A DNA stretch of 62,583 nucleotides. Origin: an uncultured Alphaproteobacteria bacterium (GTDB taxonomy: Bacteria > Pseudomonadota > Alphaproteobacteria > CAZZKF01). Below are positions 55,328 through 62,583 of this stretch, one piece after another (positions within the stretch are counted from its first letter, which is position 1; every line of letters starts with the position of its first letter). The translations under genes and the position numbers were made by a program. The notes beneath the pieces are model-generated. The model saw only the letters and a list, made by a program, of their open reading frames with translations, made no database searches and had not been told where the DNA came from. Where the stretch lies: positions 1 to 62,583 of the forward strand of contig CAZZKF010000004.1 of assembly GCA_964654995.1 (NCBI GenBank), read 5' to 3'.

Positions 55328-56200
55328 ATGACCGGATTTGCCCGGCGCGAGGGCCGCGACGATGGTGCCTCCTGGGTCTGGGAGGTGAAAAGCGTCAACG
55401 GCCGCAGCCTCGATGTGCGCTGCCGCCTGGCGCCCGGCATGGACATGCTGGAACCCGACATCCGCGGCGTCATCGAGGCGGCGATGGCACGCGGCCATGT
55501 CAGCGTCGCGCTCAAGCTGGCCCGCACCACCGGCCAGGTTCGCCTGCGCATCAACGAGGCGGCGCTCACCCAGGTGATGGCGGCGGTTGCGAAGCTGGAG
55601 GTGCCGGCCGGCATCGCGCCACCCGGCCTCGACGGATTGCTGCGCCTCAACGGCATCACCGAGATCGAGGAAACGGAGGACAGCGAGGCCGCCCGCCAGG
55701 CCCGCATCTCGGCCATGATGGCTGACCTGAGCGCGGCGGTGGCCGATCTGTGTACCATGCGGGCCGAGGAAGGCGCCCGTCTGGCGCGCCTCGTCGAGAC
55801 CCGCCTCGACCGGCTCGAGGAACTTGTCGCGGCGGCGCGGGCAGCGGCCGAAGGCCAGCCGCAGGCGATTCGCGAGCGCCTGATGCAGCGGCTCGACGAC
55901 TGGCTGGAGGCCCGACCGGCGCTGCCCGAGGAGCGCCTCGCCCAGGAAGTCGCGCTGCTGGCCGCCAAGGCCGATGTGGCGGAAGAGCTCGACCGGCTGG
56001 ACTCGCACATTACCGCCGCCCGCGAGCTGCTGGCGGCCGGCGGCGCCATTGGCCGGCGCCTCGACTTCCTGAGCCAGGAGCTGAGCCGCGAGGCCAACAC
56101 CCTGTGCGCCAAGGCGGCGGCCCGCGATCTCGGCGATATCGGGCTCGAGATCAAGGTCGTGGCCGACCAGATCCGCGAACAGATTCAGAATATCGAATAG
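55328..56200 (+). CDS. yicC: YicC/YloC family endoribonuclease
   Basis: MTGFAR, WEVKSVNGRSLD, EELDRL, GRRLDFL.QEL.REANT, REQIQNIE. Confidence 0.93.
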   Translation: MTGFARREGRDDGASWVWEVKSVNGRSLDVRCRLAPGMDMLEPDIRGVIEAAMARGHVSVALKLARTTGQVRLRINEAALTQVMAAVAKLEVPAGIAPPGLDGLLRLNGITEIEETEDSEAARQARISAMMADLSAAVADLCTMRAEEGARLARLVETRLDRLEELVAAARAAAEGQPQAIRERLMQRLDDWLEARPALPEERLAQEVALLAAKADVAEELDRLDSHITAARELLAAGGAIGRRLDFLSQELSREANTLCAKAAARDLGDIGLEIKVVADQIREQIQNIE

Positions 56201-56202
56201 CC

Positions 56203-56841
56203 ATGACCACCACCACCGCCCCACGCCGCGGCCTGATGCTCATCCTGTCGTCACCGTCAGGCGCCGGCAAGACGACGCTGTCGCGCCTGCTGCTCGAGCG
56301 CGATGCGAATTTCCGCATGTCGGTATCGACCACCACCCGCCCGCCGCGGCCCGGCGAGGTCGAGGGCAAGGATTACTTTTTCGTCGATGACGCCACCTTT
56401 GCAAAGCTGGTCGAGGACGGCGAGCTGCTCGAGCACGCCGAGGTCTTCGGCCATCGCTACGGCACCCGGGCGGCGCCGGTGCAGAGCTATCTTGAGCAGG
56501 GCCACGACGTACTGTTCGACATCGACTGGCAGGGCGCCCAGCAGATCGCCCAGCGGGCGCCCGAGGATCTGGTGCGCATCTTCATCCTGCCGCCCTCGGC
56601 GGCAGCGCTCGAAGCGCGGCTCAAGACCCGCGCCCAGGACCCGCCCGAGGTGGTCGCCCGGCGCATGGCCGGGGCGGCCGAGGAAATCAACCACTGGGCC
56701 GAATACGACTATGTGCTGATCAATGACGTGCTCGACGTCTGCCTCGCCCAGATCGAGACCATCATCGCCGCCGAGCGCCTGCGCCGGCACCGGCAGATCC
56801 ACCTTCCGGAGTTCGTAAAGAGCTTGAAGGATGGATTGTAA
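56203..56841 (+). CDS. gmk: Guanylate kinase
   Basis: SSPSGAGKTT, TTRPPRPGE, DIDWQGA; ATG 56203. Confidence 0.98.
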   Translation: MTTTTAPRRGLMLILSSPSGAGKTTLSRLLLERDANFRMSVSTTTRPPRPGEVEGKDYFFVDDATFAKLVEDGELLEHAEVFGHRYGTRAAPVQSYLEQGHDVLFDIDWQGAQQIAQRAPEDLVRIFILPPSAAALEARLKTRAQDPPEVVARRMAGAAEEINHWAEYDYVLINDVLDVCLAQIETIIAAERLRRHRQIHLPEFVKSLKDGL

Positions 56842-56849
56842 GCCACGGT

Positions 56850-57701
56850 TTAATCGCGTAATTCCATATAGAAATTAGCCAGGCAACAAAAGTCCGCGAC
56901 CGTCAATGTCTCGGCCCGCCGGTTCGCGTCGATGCCGGCCCGGGCGAGCAGAGCCTGCGCGTCGACGCCCAGGCTCTTGAGGCTGGAGCGCAGCATCTTG
57001 CGGCGCTGGCCGAAGGCCGCCGCCAGCACCGCCGACAGGGCCGTCGTGTCGGCGGGCAGGGGCGCATCGCGCGGCACCAGTTGCAGCACGCTGGAGGTCA
57101 CCCTGGGCCTTGGTACAAACGCTGTGGGCGGCACATCGAACAGGCGCCGCGCCTCGCTGCGCCACTGGGCGAGGACCGACAAGCGCCCGTAGTCGCGCCC
57201 GCCCGGGGCGGCCACGATGCGGGCCGCCACCTCGCGCTGAAACATCAGGGTTGCCGAGGCATACCAGGGCGGCCAGGGCTCGGCGGTGAGCCATTTGGCG
57301 AGCAGCGGGCTGGCGATGTTATAGGGCAGATTGGCGATCACCCGCACGTCCGTTTCGTCCGCAAGCAGGGCGCGCTCGTCGATGGTGAGCGCGTCACCCG
57401 AGACGATCTCCAGTCGGCCCGGATAGTAACCGGCAAGCTCTTCGAGAACGGGCAGAAAGCGCGCATCCTTCTCGACCACCACCAGCCGGCGCGGGCCTGC
57501 GGCCAGCAGTGCCCGGGTCAGCGCTCCGGCACCCGGACCGACCTCATAGACCACCTTGTCCTTGAGCGGTCCGGCAGCCCTGGCGATGCGCCGGGCAATG
57601 TTGGCATCGGCGAGAAAGTTCTGCCCCAGGGCGCGGCGTGCCCGCAGGCCATGGCGGCGCAAAACCTCGGCGAGCGGCGGCAGGGACGCGGCATCCGTCA
57701 T
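56850..57701 (-). CDS. rsmA: 16S rRNA dimethyladenosine transferase
   Basis: LGQNFL, EVGPGAGALT, ANLPYN, FVPRP motifs. Confidence 0.97.
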   Translation of the reverse strand: MTDAASLPPLAEVLRRHGLRARRALGQNFLADANIARRIARAAGPLKDKVVYEVGPGAGALTRALLAAGPRRLVVVEKDARFLPVLEELAGYYPGRLEIVSGDALTIDERALLADETDVRVIANLPYNIASPLLAKWLTAEPWPPWYASATLMFQREVAARIVAAPGGRDYGRLSVLAQWRSEARRLFDVPPTAFVPRPRVTSSVLQLVPRDAPLPADTTALSAVLAAAFGQRRKMLRSSLKSLGVDAQALLARAGIDANRRAETLTVADFCCLANFYMELRD

Positions 57702-58780
57702 GAAGCATCGCGCCCGGCCCGGCGCCAGGCGATTTCACGGGCCATGGTGAGCGCCGCAATCAGGCTTTCCGCATCGGCGCGGCCCGACCCGGCGAGATCG
57801 AAAGCGGTGCCATGCGCCGGCGAGGTGCGCACCACCGGCAGGTTGAGGGTGATATTGACGGTGCGGCGGAAATCGAGGGTCTTGACCGGGATCAGCGCCT
57901 GATCGTGATACATGGCGAGGGCCGCGTCGTAACCTTCGCGCGCCTCCTCGCGGAACAGGCTGTCGGCCGCCGCCGGGCCGAAGGCGTCGATGCCGTCGTC
58001 GCGAAGCCGGGTGACGGCCGGCGCAACCACGTCCTTGTCCTCGTGGCCCAGGGCCCCGGCCTCGCCGGCGTGGGGGTTGAGGCCGGCGACCGCGATGCGC
58101 GGGGCCTGAATGCCAAAATCGCGTGTGAGCGCGCGCGCCAGCGCCCGGCCGGCGGCAAGGACACGCTCTTGCGATAAAGCGCCCGGCACTTCGGCCAGCG
58201 GCACATGCACGGTCACCGGCACGACCCGCAATTGCGGGCAGGCCAGCATCATCCACGGCTGCGCCTCTCCAAGGCCTTCCCGACGGCACAAGTCACCCAG
58301 AAGCTCGGTATGGCCGGGATGGGAAAAGCCGGCGGCATAGAGGCTTTGCTTGTGAATCGGCGCGGTGACCAGGGCAGCCGCTGCGCCTTCGGCGACGGCC
58401 GCGAAGGCACGCTCGATCGAGGCGACAACCGCCGTCGCATTGGCCGCTACGGGGCGACCCGGACGCGGGCGTTCGGCGAGCGAAAGGGGCACCACCGGCA
58501 AGGCCTGATCGAAGACGCCGGCGGTGTCCCGGGGGGCTTCGATCGGCGTGATCGGCACTTCCAGTCCCAGACGGGCGGCGAGATCCCGCAGATGTTCGGG
58601 ATCGGCAACCACGAAGAAGGCGGGCAGGGCGTGGGCGTGTCGCGCCGTCCAGGCGCTCAGGGCGAGCTCCGGGCCGACGCCCGCCGGCTCGCCCATGGTG
58701 AGCGCGAGGGGCCGGCCGGGATCGGATTCTGGGGGGTGTCCGGCGCGCCCAGCGGCGCCGGGGCGAAAACCCGAATTCAC
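57698..58780 (-). CDS. pdxA: 4-hydroxythreonine-4-phosphate dehydrogenase
   Basis: TMGEPAGVGPE, TAPIHK, GHTE, GLNPHAGE, MYHDQ, RTSPAHGTA; exact start uncertain. Confidence 0.96.
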   Translation of the reverse strand: MNSGFRPGAAGRAGHPPESDPGRPLALTMGEPAGVGPELALSAWTARHAHALPAFFVVADPEHLRDLAARLGLEVPITPIEAPRDTAGVFDQALPVVPLSLAERPRPGRPVAANATAVVASIERAFAAVAEGAAAALVTAPIHKQSLYAAGFSHPGHTELLGDLCRREGLGEAQPWMMLACPQLRVVPVTVHVPLAEVPGALSQERVLAAGRALARALTRDFGIQAPRIAVAGLNPHAGEAGALGHEDKDVVAPAVTRLRDDGIDAFGPAAADSLFREEAREGYDAALAMYHDQALIPVKTLDFRRTVNITLNLPVVRTSPAHGTAFDLAGSGRADAESLIAALTMAREIAWRRAGRDAS

Positions 58781-60141
58781 CGGTAATCGACGATGGCGTC
58801 GCGCCGCAGGTCGCGCAGGTAGCGCCGCGCCATCAGGGCCAGGCGTTCGCGGGTCAACTGATTCTCGATGGTTTCGTAGTCGGGGATTTCGACTTTCGGC
58901 TGGGTCCGCTTGCAGACAACGAAAATGCGCACCTCCTCCTTGCCGCGGATCACCGGCTGGCTGGCCTGGCCTTCTTTCAGATTTTCGACCGCCAGGGTGA
59001 TCGTCGGTGGCAATTCGCCGAGCTTGACGTTGCCGAGATTGCCGAAATCGACGGCCCCGAGGTCCCGGGCGGCGGCCGGAACTTCGTCACATGAGGTGAT
59101 CCTGGCGGCGCGGTCGCGTGCCATGGTCATCAGGGCCTGGATTTCCTCGGGCAGGGCGTCAGGCGCGATTCGCAGGACGATCTGGCTGAGGTTCAAATCG
59201 ATCTGCATCGGGTCGACATCGAGAATCTTGCGCCGGTCGCGCAGGAAGATGATGTAGATACCGCCCGCCGTTTCGATCGGTTCGGCGATCCGCCCTTTGG
59301 GCATCTTTTCCAGAACCTTCTCGATTTCCGGCTGCATCTGGCCGCTCGGCACCCAGCCGAGATCGCCGCCGACGGCGGCCGTGGCACCATCCGAGAACTG
59401 GCGGGCAAGGGCGGCAAAGGACACCCCGTTGCGAAGCTGATCGACCAGCCGGCGGGCGGTGTGGCGGACTTCCGCGGCGCGATCCGGCGACGGGATGATC
59501 AGGTAAATCTCGGACAGCAGATATTCAGGCTTTCCGGCCGATGCCTTCATGCGATCGATCACGCCCTGGATCTCCGCGTCCGAGATGCTGAGGCGCGAGG
59601 CCAGCCGGCGGCCGACCAGCTCGTTCCAGGCGAGCTCGGCCTCGACCCGCTGCTTGATGGTGGAAATATCGGTACCGATGCTGAGCAGGTAATCCTCGAA
59701 CTGACCGCGCTCCAGCCCGTTCTGGCGGCCGAGATCGGTCACCGCCTTTTCGATCTCGTCCTTGGAAATAGTGATGTCGTTTTCCTTGGCTTCCTGGATC
59801 TGGAGCTTTTCGTCGACCAGCCCCTGCAGGATCTGCTGGCGCAGGCGGCGGCGCTCTTCCGGGTCGTTGAAGGCGCCGGTCGAGGACAGCACCAGATTGA
59901 GCCGTAAATCGACATCGTACTGCGAGACGATCTCGTCGTTGACCACCGCGACGATGCGCTGGATATCCTGGTTCTCCTTGACGGCGTCGTTTTCCGGCGG
60001 CGTGCCTCGCGCCGGGGACGGGCTGAGGGTCGGGGACGCCGGCGGAGTCTGGGCGAATGCCGGCGCGGTGCCGGCCAGGGCCAGCACGACGAGCCCGAGC
60101 CGCGCCCCTGCACGGATCGCATCTGCGCTTCGCCACAGCAT
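58777..60141 (-). CDS. surA: SurA-like periplasmic chaperone / PPIase
   Basis: IVAVVNDEIVS N-domain, parvulin domain (FAALARQFS..GGDLGW), YLRDLRRDAIVDYR; lptD-surA-pdxA-rsmA synteny. Confidence 0.9.
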   Translation of the reverse strand: MLWRSADAIRAGARLGLVVLALAGTAPAFAQTPPASPTLSPSPARGTPPENDAVKENQDIQRIVAVVNDEIVSQYDVDLRLNLVLSSTGAFNDPEERRRLRQQILQGLVDEKLQIQEAKENDITISKDEIEKAVTDLGRQNGLERGQFEDYLLSIGTDISTIKQRVEAELAWNELVGRRLASRLSISDAEIQGVIDRMKASAGKPEYLLSEIYLIIPSPDRAAEVRHTARRLVDQLRNGVSFAALARQFSDGATAAVGGDLGWVPSGQMQPEIEKVLEKMPKGRIAEPIETAGGIYIIFLRDRRKILDVDPMQIDLNLSQIVLRIAPDALPEEIQALMTMARDRAARITSCDEVPAAARDLGAVDFGNLGNVKLGELPPTITLAVENLKEGQASQPVIRGKEEVRIFVVCKRTQPKVEIPDYETIENQLTRERLALMARRYLRDLRRDAIVDYR

Positions 60142-60277
60142 GGATTGTCCGTCCGCCTCTTCGTGTTCCGTGCAATCACCGCCAGCGCCAAGGATGTGCC
60201 ACAGTAAGGTGACCAAATCAAGGCGCGCGGCCCAATGCCGGGCACCAGCCGGCCTGTCGGGGGTGACGATCACCGCC

Positions 60278-62530
60278 TTATCCCAGGTGCTTCAGCTTGA
60301 GCCGGAGAATCACCGAAGTCGACGGCTGCAGCTCGCGGTCGGCAGTGAAATCGCGGCGAATGGTGAGCCCCAGGTCGATGCAGTCATCGCGATAAAAGAC
60401 GCCGCCTTCGGCCAGGATGTTGTGGTGTCGATCGAGGTTGCGGATGAACCGGCCGCTGGCCCACCAGTTGGGCGCCAGGCGCAGGCGCATGGCCGCGCGG
60501 ACCTCGCGGCGGTCCGGGCGCAAGGGATCATCCGACTTGTTGTTGATGTCGAGAAATCCGAGATCGAGCCGCAGCCGACTTCCCGGGGTCAGCACCAGAT
60601 CGACCTCGGTGCGCCGCAGCGCCAGGCTGTGGCGATCGAGGCGCAGGCGATGGATCAGCTCGACGGTCTCGCCCAGCGTCAGTTGCAGCCGGGCGATGAA
60701 GTCGGAGAGGCGGCGATCGAGCCCGGCCAGCGCCGGGACCGGCCCGCGATCGCTTAAGCGGTAGCTTTGTCCGACCAGCAGGTCGAGACCGGTGCCATCC
60801 GCCGCGTTGAGCGCATAGCGCAGGCCGTAATTGACCCGGCTTCCCGAATCGAAGCGGTCGCGCCCGGTAAAGCGATTGGCCCGGAACAGATTGCTGACGT
60901 CGAACTGGAAGCTCTGGCTGTCCTCGTTGGGAATGTCGGCGGGATTGCCGGTATCCGGCGCCGCAATGATCGACACGATGGGCTCGATGATCTGGGTGAT
61001 GTGCGGCCCGCGCCGGATCAGCGGCAGGCGCGAGTCGATCACCAGTTGCGGCACCAGCCGGCCGGTGACATTGGTCCTGGTGACACTCGGCGGGGTGATC
61101 AGATCGCTGGGCCGGTACACGCCGTCGGTGTAATAGAGATCGCCGGCAATGCGCGCCGTGATCCGGGTGAGCGCACCGAAGCGGCTGACCATCGGCATCT
61201 GCCAGTTCACATCCAGTGAGGCGCGTCGGGTATCGGCTCCAGCGGTGCGTTGCAGCACGACGAGGCCGGCGTCCATCCCGAAGCGGCCGCCCAGCCAGCC
61301 GGGCTTGCCGACGTAGGAATATTCCGCCATCGGCAGCACAAACGGGGTCTGGCCGGCGACATCCTCGATCCTGAGCCCCTGAAAGGCATAGGCACTGATG
61401 GCGCCATAGCTGCGCCCGGCGAAATGCTCGACGAACAGGCGGCTGGTCAGCGTTTCCGCCTCGCTCACCCCATAACGGCGCAGATAGGTGTCATCGCCGG
61501 TCCAGGCGGCATCGAACCCCCAGCGGGTGTTGTCCGAGATGCGAAAGCGGCCGTTTCCGAAGATGTGGCCGCGAAAGATCCGGCGGCCGGTCTTTTCGTT
61601 GAAATCGTCGCGTTCATCAACACGGGTCACCGAGCCCGACAGCGCATACTGACCGCTGCGGGTGCGCTGCCGGTATTCGCCGAAGAAGGCGACGCCTTCC
61701 TTGGTCGTGAACAGCGGTGCAAAGGTGATATCGCGATTCGGCGCCAGCGCGAAATAATAGGGGATCTGAACCTTGGCGCCGAGGAACGACGAGCTTCCGA
61801 CCTCGGGCACGAGAAAGCCGCTGCGCCGCTTCACCGTCGGGTCGGGATGCGAGAGATAGGGCAGATAGGCGATCGGCAGGCCGAAGACTTCGAGGACCGC
61901 GTTCTTGTAGACGATGGTCTTCTCATCCTCCTTGTGAATGACCTTGGCGGCCTTGATCTGCCACACCGGCGGGCGTTTCTGGCCCTCGCAGATCTTGCAC
62001 GGCGAATAGACCGCGCGGGTCAGCGTGTTGCGCCGGTCGCGGCTGCGCCGGGCATCAATGGCGGCGAGGCGCGAGCCGTCGGAAAACAGCAGCCGGATAT
62101 GACGGATGATGCCATCGCGCAGATCGCTGGACAGCTCCACCTCGTCGGCGAACAGGCGATTGCCGCTCATGTCGGTAATGCGAACATTGCCGCTGGCCCG
62201 GATCTGGCCCGACGTCTGATCGTAGGTCAGAAGGTCGGCGGCAAGCCGGCGCTGTTTGTAGAGAACCTCGACATGGCCGCGGGCCTCGAAGGTGCCGGAC
62301 TCGCGGTCGTAGACCATTTCATCGGCCGACAGCGTCATCCGTCCGTCACCGGCCTGCCCGTCCGGTTCGGCCCGCGCCGCGCCGAGGACGGCAGCGGCGA
62401 ACAGAACGGCCAGGACCAGCAGCCCGATCGCCGAAGTGTGGAAGCGGGGGGCTCCGGATGCCGTTTTGCCTGCCATGCCGCGTCGCGCCAAAAGGCCCGC
62501 TCCCGCCTTGTGCCCTGGATGCCGGGCCAC
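60278..62530 (-). CDS. lptD: LPS-assembly protein LptD
   Basis: OstA-like N-domain, YSPC..C, WQIKA, PDPTVKRRSGFL, C-terminal DDC; start uncertain. Confidence 0.95.
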   Translation of the reverse strand: MARHPGHKAGAGLLARRGMAGKTASGAPRFHTSAIGLLVLAVLFAAAVLGAARAEPDGQAGDGRMTLSADEMVYDRESGTFEARGHVEVLYKQRRLAADLLTYDQTSGQIRASGNVRITDMSGNRLFADEVELSSDLRDGIIRHIRLLFSDGSRLAAIDARRSRDRRNTLTRAVYSPCKICEGQKRPPVWQIKAAKVIHKEDEKTIVYKNAVLEVFGLPIAYLPYLSHPDPTVKRRSGFLVPEVGSSSFLGAKVQIPYYFALAPNRDITFAPLFTTKEGVAFFGEYRQRTRSGQYALSGSVTRVDERDDFNEKTGRRIFRGHIFGNGRFRISDNTRWGFDAAWTGDDTYLRRYGVSEAETLTSRLFVEHFAGRSYGAISAYAFQGLRIEDVAGQTPFVLPMAEYSYVGKPGWLGGRFGMDAGLVVLQRTAGADTRRASLDVNWQMPMVSRFGALTRITARIAGDLYYTDGVYRPSDLITPPSVTRTNVTGRLVPQLVIDSRLPLIRRGPHITQIIEPIVSIIAAPDTGNPADIPNEDSQSFQFDVSNLFRANRFTGRDRFDSGSRVNYGLRYALNAADGTGLDLLVGQSYRLSDRGPVPALAGLDRRLSDFIARLQLTLGETVELIHRLRLDRHSLALRRTEVDLVLTPGSRLRLDLGFLDINNKSDDPLRPDRREVRAAMRLRLAPNWWASGRFIRNLDRHHNILAEGGVFYRDDCIDLGLTIRRDFTADRELQPSTSVILRLKLKHLG

Positions 62531-62583
62531 CGTCTGCGCCCGGTCTTGCCGTCATAAAGGAACTCGGCCGGACCGACAAGCGG

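Noticed and set aside
62531-62583. 3' end of lptG upstream of lptD
   Set aside because: No frame in these 53 nt gives a recognisable LptG C-terminus

Overview
High-GC alphaproteobacterial chromosome segment, almost all conserved housekeeping genes: fliQ-fliR-flhB-cckA-recA-alaS, a cyclic-nucleotide-gated K+ channel, icd, LOG, LysM protein, atm1-psd-pssA, a PadR-regulated RND pump, a TPR-sulfotransferase, tRNA-Gln(CTG), ppx-rlmE-guaB-rsmB-like-guaA, panB, yfgM-bamB-der, purF-cvpA-radA-mlaFE-alr-dnaB-cfa, rplI-DUF2232-rpsR-rpsF, fabD-fabG-acpP-fabF-mltG, yicC-gmk and rsmA-pdxA-surA-lptD. The one clearly accessory region is a ~2.3 kb islet (about 30312-32597) at the 3' end of guaA. It has no integrase. 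It carries a DUF6544-like pseudogene and a PEP-CTERM surface-protein gene. Four copies of a short GG(C/T)TCYGACCCC-type motif sit at the borders of both cargo genes, a REP-doublet-like hairpin supplies the PEP-CTERM stop codon, and a 122/123-bp tandem repeat triplicates a TGT-N11-ACA enhancer upstream of sigma54-like promoters. This cassette-like architecture is the best candidate for an undescribed system; its mechanism is inference only. No CRISPR array, rRNA or intact transposase or integrase gene was seen.
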